A DNA stretch of 64,000 bases from the human T2T-CHM13v2.0 reference genome, Homo sapiens, in assembly GCF_009914755.1 (NCBI RefSeq), contig NC_060939.1. One strand, given 5' to 3'. Numbering within the stretch: position 1 is the first letter of the stretch; every line of letters starts with the position of its first letter. The position numbers were made by a program, and so were the translations under genes. Below the pieces are notes generated by a model. That model saw nothing but the letters and a program-made list of their open reading frames with translations. It was not told where the DNA came from and made no database searches. Shown here piece by piece: positions 31,981 to 45,807 of the stretch.

Positions 31981-32819
31981 TTTTGCCTCTCACAAAATTT
32001 TAAAGAACATAATCTGCTTAGTTTGTCACCTTTTAGCTTTTAATGTAACTTTTCCACTACTTCTCTTCATATGTGAATACAAGTGTATGTATTCATATGT
32101 GAATACAAGTGAATACTAGTGTATTAGGTAATAAGCCACTTAACCTTTCTATTATGATATAAAACATACAGAAGAGTGCACAAATCAAATGTATAGCTTA
32201 ATGAAATTTTTAAATTATTAAATTGGAGGTTTTTGGGGGTGCATTATACCCGTATCTTTGTTAGGAGGGAAGGAATTCATGGAGGGCTAAAAATTTTGGA
32301 GAGGACAAAGTTTTAAGGAGTCTCAATACCAAATCCTCATCTTGGCTCTGCCTTCAAGTTACTGTTTCTTTGGGTAAGTCATTTAACTTATTTATAGTTC
32401 ACTTTTTTATATATAAGAGGTATAATACTTAACCTTTCTTTTGCAAACTGAATTAGGTAGGTGCAATTCAGGTAAAATAATAGGAATATAGAGTAGTATT
32501 ACTAGATAGGTCTTTATTTAGGCCATTGAATTTAGGCCACTTACCTTACAGGGCAGAATTGTGGTATGCAAAGACTACACAGCTGGTGATTATTGGTGTC
32601 ATTCATTTATGTTAGGTTGGTATTGAGACTTAGTTAACTATGCCAGGCATTACCCTGTGATTTATTATAATACATGTATTAACTCATGTAATAGTCTAGG
32701 ATTATTCCTAGAGGTAGGTAAAATTATCCCAATTTTACTGATGATACAATCGATGGAAAATTATGTTAAATAACTTGCCTAGGTGGGTTGAGTTCTTGAG
32801 CCTGTGCTTTAAAAAAAAA

Positions 32820-33093
32820 TTTTTTTTTGAGAAAGGGTCCCACTCTATCACTCAGAGTGGAGTGAGTGGCGTGATCTTGGCTCACTGCAGCCTCTGTCTC
32901 TAAGGCTCAAGCCATCCTCCTGCCTCATCCCCTGAAGTAGCTGGGACTACAGGTATGGGCCACGTTTTAATGTATTTTATAGAGACGGGGTTTTGCCACA
33001 TTTCCCAGACTGGTCTCAAACTGCTGGACTCAAGCGATCTGCCTTGGCCTCCCAAAATGCTAGGATTACAGGTGTGAGCCACTGCATCCAGCC
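32820..33093 (-). mobile_element. Alu (AluJ)
   Basis: Reverse dimer; TSD agcctgtgct. Confidence 0.9.
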
Positions 33094-33439
33094 TAAGCCT
33101 GTGCTCTTTTTTTGTTATACTGCCTAGTTATGTGAAAATACTTAAAGACTTTTAGGCAAATGTTAAGATTTTATAATAATCTGTTAGAGAGTTTTTGAAG
33201 TAAAAATTTTGGTATTTTGAACCAAAATTAGGAGAAGAGTCTCATTGTTTTGACCATCATGATTCTGGAAAAGATGGATGTTAATATTTATTACTTGGGC
33301 TTTATTCCCTTCTTAACAAAGCTAATTTTCTCCTAAAATGACTTGGTTGCAAGCACTAGGTAGTTTTCTTTAAGAATATATGTATATTTTAATCTTAAAG
33401 GATTTTGTGACTAATTTACAAATATTGTTTAATTTTTAG

Positions 33440-33491
33440 GCAAAATGTTAATGGAAGGGAGTTTTCAAACTTGGAGGCAGATCAGACCAAG
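33440..33491 (+). other. Candidate 52-nt internal exon
   Basis: tttaatttttag|G...AAG|gtttag in non-repeat sequence; in frame with the ATG at 14432. Confidence 0.3.
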
Positions 33492-33579
33492 GTTTAGTGT
33501 TCTTGCCTCAGTGGTTTAAGCAGCATCTATTTGGTCTTAGTATAAGAGTAATAATTATGATTCTATCATATGTTGAAAA

Positions 33580-34140
33580 TTATCTTTATTAAGGTGTATT
33601 TGAATATGGTTCTGTAAGACTGGGAAACACATCTAGTTGTGCAACCACCATGATGATCAAGATATAGAGTTAGTTTCTCAAAAAATTTCCTCATGACCCT
33701 TTCCATAGTCAGCCCATTTCCTTACCTCTAGTCTCTGGCCACCACTGATCTGTTTTTTTCTCTGTCTTGTCTTTTTTTTTTTTTCTTTTCAGAATTCCGT
33801 GTAAACAAAATCACGCAGTATTTAGCCTTTTTGTTTTAATTTTTGTTTGTTTAATAGAAATGGGAGGCCTTGTTATATTGCCTATGCTGGCCTCAAGCTC
33901 CTGGTCTCAAGGGATCCCCCTGCTTGACTCAGTATGTGGCTTCTTGAGACGGACGTCTTTTATTTAACCTAATGTATTTTGAGATTCATCCATGTTTTTA
34001 TGTATCAGTAATTACTTTCTGTTGCTTAGTAGCATTGCGTTGTATGGATGTACAACAGGTTCTGTATTCATTCCCCAGTTCATTTGGGTTGTTTCCAGTT
34101 TTTGGTAATTACGAATAAAACTGCCATAAAAGCATTCATG
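33580..34140 (-). mobile_element. Old L1M 3' fragment
   Basis: ggccaccactgatctg...gagattcatccatgtt...ttgggttgtttccagtttttg. Confidence 0.7.
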
Positions 34141-34532
34141 CATACATACATACACACATGTGCCCTCGTATTTTCTTATGGTTTAAAAAGATATGGTGCC
34201 TAGAACTTTTATAACTTTACTACAGAACCTGAAAAAGCTGATGATTTTCACAGAACATTGTAAATTGCTTAGTAAACTTCATCCCCCAAAAAGCCCACTC
34301 TGGAATGAGAATAATCTGTTTGTATAAATAATCTTGTGGTATAAACTGTAAGTCATTAGAATTTTTTAAATTAAAGAAGTACATACACATATTTATTTAA
34401 TGGGTAAATTTATATATAAAACTCCTTAGTGCATAGTTTTATATTTTATGTTTTTAGTAGCTTTTAAATCGTGAGTTATTGACTTTTTTGTTCCTCTAAG
34501 TAGTAGAATGGTTATATAATTGGTTATGAAAG

Positions 34533-34780
34533 TTTTTGTTTTTTTTTTTTGACAGGGTCTGGCTATGTCATCCAGGCTGGAGTGCAGTGGCGTGATCTCG
34601 GCTCACTGTAACCTCTGCCTTCTGGGACTACAGGCATGTGCCACCACACCTGGCTAATTTTTGTAAACATGGGGTTTTGTCTTGTTGCCCAGGCTGGTCT
34701 CAAACTCCTGAGCTCAAATGATCAGCCCACTTCAGTCTCCCAAAAGGCTGGGATTACAGGTGTGAGCCACCATGCCCACC
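34533..34780 (-). mobile_element. Alu (AluJ) with internal deletion
   Basis: Reverse dimer missing about 35 bp. Confidence 0.9.
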
Positions 34781-37700
34781 CAAAAACTCTTACTTATAAA
34801 TTTGAGATGAAAAATACACAGAACATGATTAATAGCAGATTAAACATTGCCAAATACAAGAAATAGCAATAAAAACTATCCAAAAGGAAATAGAGTAAAA
34901 GGATTTTAAGAAACTAAACTGTGGAACACCTTCAAGCAGCCAATAATACATGTAATTTGAGTCCTAGAAGGACTGAAAAGAGGAGGGACAGAAAAAATAA
35001 TACAAAAAAATGGCCAAAATGTTTTCAAATTTGATATAAACTATAAATCTCTTATCCAAGAAACTCAGTAAAGCCCACCTATAAGAAATATGAAGAACTC
35101 CACAAAGGTTCATAGTAATCAAAGTATTGAACCCTAGTGATACAGACATAGAGGGATGGGACACACCATACCTAAAGATTAACAAAGGATGCTGCCAGAG
35201 TTCTCATCACAGATACCAGAATCTGGGAGGATATAGAAAAAATATTTTAAATTCTAAAAGAGGACATACTGTTAACTCTGAATTCTGTAACCAGTGTAAA
35301 TAACTTTCCAAAATGAAGGGGAAATAAAGATATATCCAGGCAGAAAAAAACTGTAAGAATGTATCACCAGCAGACCTGCTGCACAGGAAATAAAATAGGA
35401 ACTCCTCAGGCAGAAGAAAGATGATATCAGATGGAAATATTGATCTGTAATAAAGGATGAAGAGCTCTGGAAAGTAACTGTGTAGGAAGATGTATAAGAC
35501 CCCTCCATTAAAAAATCTTGAAATAATAATTGAATTTTATACAGAAATAACAACAGTGTTTTGTGTAGTTTGTAATTTATGTGTAAGTGAAATGCAGGAC
35601 AACAATAGCGAAAGGCCAGGAAAGGAAAAATGAAAGCATGTTACTGGAAGGTTCTTACACCACACATGAAGTAAGATAACATGTGAAAGTAGGCTGCAGT
35701 AACTTAGAGTTGTAAAGCAACCACTGAAATAACAAAACAAAAAGTTTTGTTATCATATAAGCCAACAAAGAAGATGAGATGGAATAACAACAACAACAAC
35801 AAAATCCAAAACAGGGCACTAAACAGGAAAGGGGAGCAAAGAACAGATGGATTGAGTAAAAGATGAATAACAAGATCACAGGTGTAACATAACCATTTCA
35901 AAAATCTTGTTAAATGTTCTCAGCATCCCAATTAAAAGGTAGAGGTTGTCAGCTTTGATGAAAAGAATGAAGACCCAAGTACATGCTGCCTGTAAGAAAG
36001 ACATTTTAAATGTAAAGATACAAACATATTAAAAGTAAAAGATTGAAAAAGAGTTACCATGAATCAAATGAAAGCTGGAGTGGCTATATTCATATCAGAT
36101 AAAGTAGACATCAGATAAGAGAATATTATCAGGGATGAAGAATGTCGTTTTATAAGGAGAACAGGGTCCGCTTCTCAGGAGGACGTGATAATTCTAAGAA
36201 TAACAAGCACTACGTATGTCATCACAGAGCTTCAACACAAATGAAACAAACACCAATAGAACTCAAAAGAGAAATAGACAATTCCACAATTATAGTTGGG
36301 GATTACATTACTCACTATCAATAATTAGTAGAACAAGTAGAAAAAAAATCAGTGAAGATACAGCAGACTTAAAAAAATAAAACTATCAAATAACTTGATT
36401 TTATTGATATTTATAAATCAGTCCACCTGACAGTCACATAATATAAACTCTTCTCAAGCAAACACAGAATATTTATCAAGATAGAATACATTCTGTGCCA
36501 GAAAGCAAGTCTCAGAATATTTGGAGTGATTTAAGTCCTATGAAGTATGTTCTTGGACCACATTGGAAATAAATTAGAAGTTAATAATAATAACTTTTCT
36601 GGAAAAACGTCAAGTATTAGGATGATGAATTACACATGTCTACATATTGCAAGGGCTAAAGAAGATTTCAAAAGAGAAACCAATGCATTTTCAGCTAAGT
36701 GAGAGTGAAAACAATATTTCAAAATGTGTGGAATGCTGATAAGGCAATATTTGTGTGTAAAATTATGGGATTAAACACTATAGTAGAAAAGAGAATAGAT
36801 TTTAGATTAATTAACTACCCCAGCTTCTGCCTTAATAATTGGAAAAACAAGAGCAAATTAAACACAAAAAACAATTTTGGAAATACTAGAGATCAGAGTG
36901 AACATCAATAAACCAAAAAAAAATAGAGAAAAATCTATGAAACCAAATATTTATAAACTTCTAGCAGGCTGATCATCAAAACAAAAAAGAGACAAATTCC
37001 TAATATCAGGTATGAAAGAAACTATATCAGCACAGATTTTGTAAAAATTAAAAATGGAGTAAGGGAATACTGTGTACAGCATTACCTAATAAATTTTGTA
37101 ACTGAGATGAAATGAGAATTTTTTTGAAAGATACAAATTCCTATAGCTCACTCAAGAAGAATCAGATAATTGAATAACTCTATATTTATTGAAGTAATTG
37201 AATTTTAATTAAATGCTCATCCTACAAAGGAAACTCTAACCCCAGATTGCTTCTCTGAAGTTTTTTGTTCAAACCTCTAAGGAAGAAATATTACCAATTA
37301 TACTTAAACTCTTTCAGAAAATTGAAGAGTAGGAACTAGTTACCAACTTATTTTATAAGGCTAGTATCACCTTGATACCAAAGCTAGACTAAGATATTAC
37401 AAAAAAAACTATAAACAAATATTCTTTTTGAATTTAGATATAAAAGTTCTTTACAAAATGTTAGCAAATCAGTTCCAACAATACATAAAAATTATATTGT
37501 ATCGTGGACAAATATAATGTATCTCAGAAAGGTTGGTTGGTTGAACATCCTCAAATCAATCAATGTATTTGCACCATATTAATAAATGATCATGTCAATA
37601 GATGCAGTAAACACATTTGATGAAGTCATATATTTACATTTGGAACATTTAGAAGGGAGCTTCCTCATCCTGATAAAAGGCATCTGTGAAAAATCCTACA

Positions 37701-38822
37701 GCTAACATCATTGTTAGTAACGAAACACTCAATGCTTTCTTGTTTGTCTTATCAGGAACAAGATGGGATGTTTGCTCTCACCACGCTTACATTTAACATT
37801 GTTGTGGAAATCCTAGCCAGACAAGAAGCTGAGATAGAATACGTCCAGGATAGAAAGAAAGAAGCAAAACTGCACACAGACAAAATGAACATCTATGTAG
37901 AAAATTCAATATAAAATACAAAAAAAGCTATTAGAACTAATAAATTGAGTTTAGCAAGGTTGCAGGATACATGAACAATATACAAAAACCAATTGCATTT
38001 TATACTAGCAACAAATAACCAGAAATTGGAATTTTAAAAGCAATGCCATTTAAAGTAGCATCAAAATATATTAAACTCTTAGGAATAAATCTGACAAAAG
38101 ATGTGCATGACCTGTACACTGAAAACTGTGGAATACTGAGAAACATTAAAGATAACCCAAATACATGGAGAGATACACTGTCTTCATGCCCTGGAAACCA
38201 ATATTTAGAACATAAATGTTCCCCAAATTGATAGATAGTTTCAACACAATCCTAGTCAAAATTCTAGCAGGATTTTAATATTTTTTGGTAGATATTGACA
38301 AGCTGATTCTGAAATTCATAAGAAAATGCAAACGATCTAGAAGAGCCAAAATAACTGAAAAAAGAACAAATTTGATAAATTAACTTTACCTGATTTCAAC
38401 AATAAAACTATAATATATATGATATGAAATTCAGAACTGTATATACAGATACAAAAATATTTTGTGTATATCCATCTCTATATCTATGTGTCTGTTTATA
38501 CATTTGCTGATATATATTGCAGGATCCTCTATTCTGTTGCTTTAATATATACAGTATTTCCAACAAGCTGCAAAAGCTGTCAACAAATTGTGCTAGAACC
38601 TCAGATAACCATATGCAAAAAAATCAACTTTTGTCTATATTTCTTAGCATATATGAGAGTTAATTCAAAATAGGTCATGTAACTAAATGTAAACCTAAAA
38701 CTAGGAAGTGCCTAAAAGTAAACAATGAAGAAAATCTTTCTGATTTTGGATAAGGCAAACAATTCTTTGATACAACATCAAAGCACAATGTATAAAACTT
38801 TTTAAAATGTGATAAAAGTTTG

Positions 38823-39219
<397 letters not shown>

Positions 39220-39300
39220 TCAGATATGACAAAAAAACCTTGTATCCAGAATGTATGAAGAATTTTAAAAACTCAATAATAAGAAAATAAATAACCCAAA

Positions 39301-39609
39301 TTTTATTTTTTTCAGATGGAGTCTTGCTCTGCTGCCTAGGCTGGTGTGCAACGGCACAATCTCGGCTCACTGTGACCTCAGCTTCCCAGATTCAAGCGAT
39401 TCTCCCCCCTCAGCCTCCCAATCCCCCACCCCCACCCCTGCGAGTAGCTGGGATTACAGGCACCCGCCATCATGCCTGGCTAATTTTTGTATTTTTGTAC
39501 AGACGAGGTTTCACCATGTTGGCCAGGCTGGTCTTGAACTGACCTCAGGTGATCCACCCACCTTGGCCTCCCAAGTGGTGAAATAACAGGTGTGAGCCAC
39601 CGCTCCCCA
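39301..39609 (-). mobile_element. Alu (AluS)
   Basis: Reverse dimer; TSD aacccaaatttt. Confidence 0.9.
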
Positions 39610-42600
39610 ACTCAACCCAAATTTTTTAAATGGGCAGAGTATTTGAACAGGTTCCTCAACAAAGAAGATACATGTGGCAAATAAGTGCACAAATGAATGC
39701 TGCACACCACTAGTAATTAAGGGAATTCAATTACTACTTACTGGAGGCTAAGAGACCAGTTAGGGGGTTACGGGAGAAATTGTGAATTAAAATTATGTAT
39801 GATAGTAGCGGTGGGGATGGAGAGGAGAGGATATGAGGAATATTGAGGAGATAAAATTGCAAAAGCTTCACACTTGGTTGGAAGTGGAAGCTGACGTGTA
39901 AGAGAATCAGCAATGATTCTCAGGTTTCCAACTTGAGCAAAGGGGCGGAGGCCACTGATAGACTCTGAGGTCATAAAACACAAGGTGGAGCAGATCTAGG
40001 CGGGTATGGAGGAAGAGATGTGACCATTGAAGTATTTTCTTTGTTGTTGTGTTGTTGGAATATTTCAAGTCAAATCCCTGACATCATGTTGTTCCATCTC
40101 TACACACTTGAACATGTATCACTAAAAGTAGGGACACTTTCTCCCATAATCACATTGCTGTGATCGCTCCTGAAGATGTGCTCAATGATTCTGATTATCA
40201 TCCCATACATAGTCCACAGTCATACATACTTGATTATCACAAGTATTTCTCTTTTTGCAGTCTGTCTATTGGAATCAGAATCCTGACAAGGTCCACCCTG
40301 CACACCACTTTCTCACAAAGGTCCTCTCATCCTGAGCAGTCCTCCCTGCCACTGATTTGTTGTCCTTCATAATGTCCCACAATCTGCACCTGTCTTTGTT
40401 CTCCCTCATGATACTGCTTCACTTCTATGCCCTGAATTTCCTATAATGGGGAAGGAGCTCTGAAGCCTGGTTGTAGGAACACTTCATGAACAGTACTGTG
40501 CATGGCACACAATCTCTAGCCATCCCACTTGTCACGCTAAAATCGATGACTCGCTTCTGGTAGTGTCAGCCTGACTCTTTGGACATGCTGAGTAAGCAGA
40601 GCGAGAAAGGAAGAGGGCTTCGACCAGAGGAAGAGGAGCAGAGAAAACAGGGAAGGAGAATTCAGGGAAGTGGGGAAAATTGAGGGAGCAGCAGCGTGGG
40701 GGCTGAAGAAAGAAGGGTCAGGTGTCGCTGGGCAGCCAAGAAGAGACAAACAGGTCAGATGGTTTTCACAACTGATGGCTGATAACTTGTATGAGAGCAG
40801 CTTTAATGGAGTGATTAAGGTGTAAGTCAGATTGCCCTGGATGGAGGTGTGAATAGGGGTGGGAAGTGGAGGGCAAGGAATATCAATAACAATTTCAGGA
40901 ATTTGGCTGTAAGACAAGGGAAAAAGATGGGAGACGTGAGCATAGGAAGAGGGATGTTGAAAAAAGAGGTTGTGTTTATTCTGTGGCTCTTTTGATGGGA
41001 GACACATTCATGCTGGGAGGTTGAATATTTAGGAACCATAAGGAACTATTACTAACAAAGAAAGTTCCAAAAACATTCCTGGTTGGAAGGTTTCACTGTT
41101 TTGTCCACTAATTTCATATATTTTTCTAACTCTCTACAATTGCTTTTTGTTGTGAGCTCAACTGGTCTAGGAGACACAGATTTTGAAACGTGATGAAATT
41201 ATTCAATAAAGCTGGTGTTAGATGCAGGTGTTAGAATGCATTTTTGTCAGACTTGGACCATATGAATTGAAGTTACTCTATCATCTGACTGATGGGCATC
41301 ACTTGTTTTTGTCTATTTATTTGAACTGTATATATTCCAAAAATTTTTTGATGTAGCTGCTATATGATAAGAATATTGTAATGGGATTCTCCTGGGTTTC
41401 TAATCCAAAGTTTGTTTTTTTTAGAAAAATAAATTTGGACTTAGCAGATTAATCATGAATACTATATAACGCCATTTGTTAGACAGTTTTGAAATGATAA
41501 AATTTTAGAAATGGAGGTTACTGATTGCCAGGGGTTAGGAAAGCGGAAGGAGGTGGGAGGGAGGGGGAGTGATTATAAAAGGGCTCTTGAGGGACCCACT
41601 GTGGTGCTGGAGCCATTCAGTATATTGACTAGTGGTGGATACATGAACTCACACAGGTGGTAGAATTATACAGACATTAATACACACACAGTGAAAGTAA
41701 AACTAGGAAAATCTGCCTAAGGTAAGTAGATGGAGTTACTGTCAATGTCCTTGTTTTGCAAAACATCACCATTGTGAAATCCTATTGAGAATCTGAAACA
41801 CAGCCTTGGTTATATGCTTTTTTCTTTTTTTACCCTGTAAAAATGTTCCTTTTACCCTGTAAAGTGTTCCTTTTTATACTGGTAAGTATAAAAGGAACAA
41901 ATTATACTGGTAAGTAAAAATTACTGATAAAGTAACTTTAAACTGAATATGGGAAATAACTGCTGTGCTGTATGGTATAAATAAATAATATATTTATCTA
42001 TAACAATACTACTTTATATAATGGAACTAGATGTCACAAATGGCTCTAGTACTAGTAATGCAATTAATCAATATAATGTTTTGTAGGGTTTTGTTTTTTA
42101 TACTCTTTGTTAAGCCTCCAAACTAGCAAGTACCCATTACAGTAAATGTACAATGGATTATTTCTGTTTCCGCGTTTCAGTCATTAACTCATTAGTTGCA
42201 TAATCTTAAGGTCAAATTACCTTGTTGAAGGGGACAGTCTGGATCCATTCCGTGGAGCTCACATCAAAAACGTCTGCTGCATTTTCACTGTGCACTGAGA
42301 GGCACGGGGCATTGTAACCTGGGAGGAGCAAAGACGGTAACAGCAAACATGGGCTCCGTGATACCTTTTTCAGTGAATTTTTGATGAGATAATTATAGAT
42401 TCACATGTAGTTGTAAAAATAATACAGAGAGATCCCTTGTACACTCTGCCCAGATTCAATTCACAACAAAATAAAACTTCAGTGTCTGGATTACAAATAA
42501 TTTAAAACATAGCTAAAAATGTAAAAGTAAAAACCTGCCGTTTTGCTAAGACCAGACCATCAAATATTTAAGAGCATTTAACTTCCAGGACTTGTGGAGT

Positions 42601-42753
42601 ATGCATGACATGAGCCACCAAAAAGAAGTTTTTAAAGGAAGAGTTAAAATAAGTGAAATTTTTTTCTACCTTCATCAGTATAAGCAGTGGAAAACACTTT
42701 TGAAAGGGCTGTCCCACCACATAAAACGTTACATTTGTGCTTTTCCAGCATTC

Positions 42754-44149
<1,396 letters not shown>

Positions 44150-44240
44150 GCGCCTCCGCAACCTCCCAGGAGCTCTGACCAAGGCGCCTCACTGGGGTGG
44201 GGAACTTGCCTCACCTGGGGCCATTTCATAATTCTGAATC

Positions 44241-44990
44241 ATGTGTGATAACGGAGAACTGGAAGACAAGCCTCCAGCACCTCCCGTGCGAATGAGCAGG
44301 ACCATCTTTAGCACTGGAGGCAAAGACCCTTTGTCAGCCAATCACAGTTTGAAACCTTTGCCTTCTGTTCCAGAGGAGAAAAAGCCCAGGCATAAAATCA
44401 TCTCCATATTCTCAGGCACAGAGAAAGGAAGTAAAAAGAAAGAAAAGGAACGGCCAGAAATTTCTCCTCCATCTGATTTTGAACACACCATCCATGTTGG
44501 CTTTGATGCTGTTACTGGAGAATTCACTGGCATGCCAGAACACTGGGGTCGATTACTACAGACCTCAAATATCACCAAACTAGAGCAAAAGAAGAATCCT
44601 CAGGCTGTGCTGGATGTCTACGACTCCAACACAGTGAAGCAGAAGTATCTGAGTTTTACTCCTCCTGAGAAAGATGGCTTCCCTTCTGGAACACCAGCAC
44701 TGAATGCCGAGGGAACAGAAGCACCTGCAGTAGTGACAGAGGAGGAGGACGATGATGAAGAGACTGCCCCTCCCGTTATTGCCCCACCACCGGATCATAT
44801 GAAATCAATTTACACACGGTCTGTAATTGACCCTGTTCCTGCACCAGTTGGTGATTCAAATGTTGATGGTGGTGCCAAGTCTTTAGACAAACAGAAAAAG
44901 AAGACTAAGATGACAGATGAAGAGATTATGGAGAAACTAAGAACTATAGTGAGCATAGGTGACCCTAAGAAAAAAATATACAAGATATGA
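44241..44990 (+). pseudogene. PAK2: Open 249-aa N-terminal half of the PAK2 retrocopy (SH3 ligand, CRIB/PBD, partial autoinhibitory domain)
   Basis: Native ATG position; [17 protein letters not shown] intact; 3-aa deletion (LKF); ends 4 codons after the frameshift. Confidence 0.9.
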
Positions 44991-45807
44991 AAAAATTGGA
45001 CAAGGGGCTTCTGGTACAGTTTTCACTGCTACTGACGTTGCACTGGGACAGAAGGTTGCTATCAAACAAATTAATTTACAGAAACAGCCAAAGAAGGAAT
45101 TGATCATTAATGAGATTCTGGTAATGAAAGAATTAAAAAATCCCAACATAGTTAACTTCTTGGACAGTTACCTGGTAGGAGATGAATTGTTTGTGGTCAT
45201 GGAATACCTTGCTAGGGGGTCACTCACTGATGTGGTAACAGAAACCTGCATGGATGAAGCACAGATTGCCGCTGTATGCAGAGAGAGTTTACAGGCATTG
45301 GAGTTTTTACATGCTAATCAAGTGATCCACAGAGACATCAAAAGTGACAGTGTACTTTTGGGAATGGAAGGATCGGTTAAGCTCACTGACTTTGGTTTCT
45401 GTGCCCAGATCACCCCTGAGCAGAGCAAACGCAGTACCGTGGTCAGAACGCCATACTGGATGGCACCAGAAGTGGTTACACGGAAGGCTTATGGCCCTAA
45501 AGTCAATGTATGGTCTCTGGGTATCATGGCTACTGAGATGGTAGAAGGAGAGCCTCCATACCTCAATGAAAATCCCTTGAGGGCCTTGTGCCTAATGGCA
45601 ACTAATGGAATCCCAGAACTTCAGAATCCAGAGACACTTTCCCCAATATTTTGGGATTTCTTAAATCGATGTTTGGAAACAGATGTGGAAAAAAGGGGTT
45701 CAGCCAAAGAATTATTACAGCATCTTTTCCTGAAACTAGCCAAACTGTTATCTAGCTTGACACCACTGATCATGGCAGCTAAAGAAGCAATGAAGAGTAA
45801 CCGTTAA
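44977..45807 (+). pseudogene. PAK2: Open kinase-domain frame of the PAK2 retrocopy, probably catalytically dead
   Basis: GQGASG, VAIK, DFG, APE kept; HRDIKSDN>S, STMVGT>STVVRT, DIWSLG>NVWSLG. Confidence 0.9.

Noticed and set aside
44241-45807. Functional PAK2 gene
   Set aside because: Intronless, frameshifted, catalytic substitutions, poly(A) remnant
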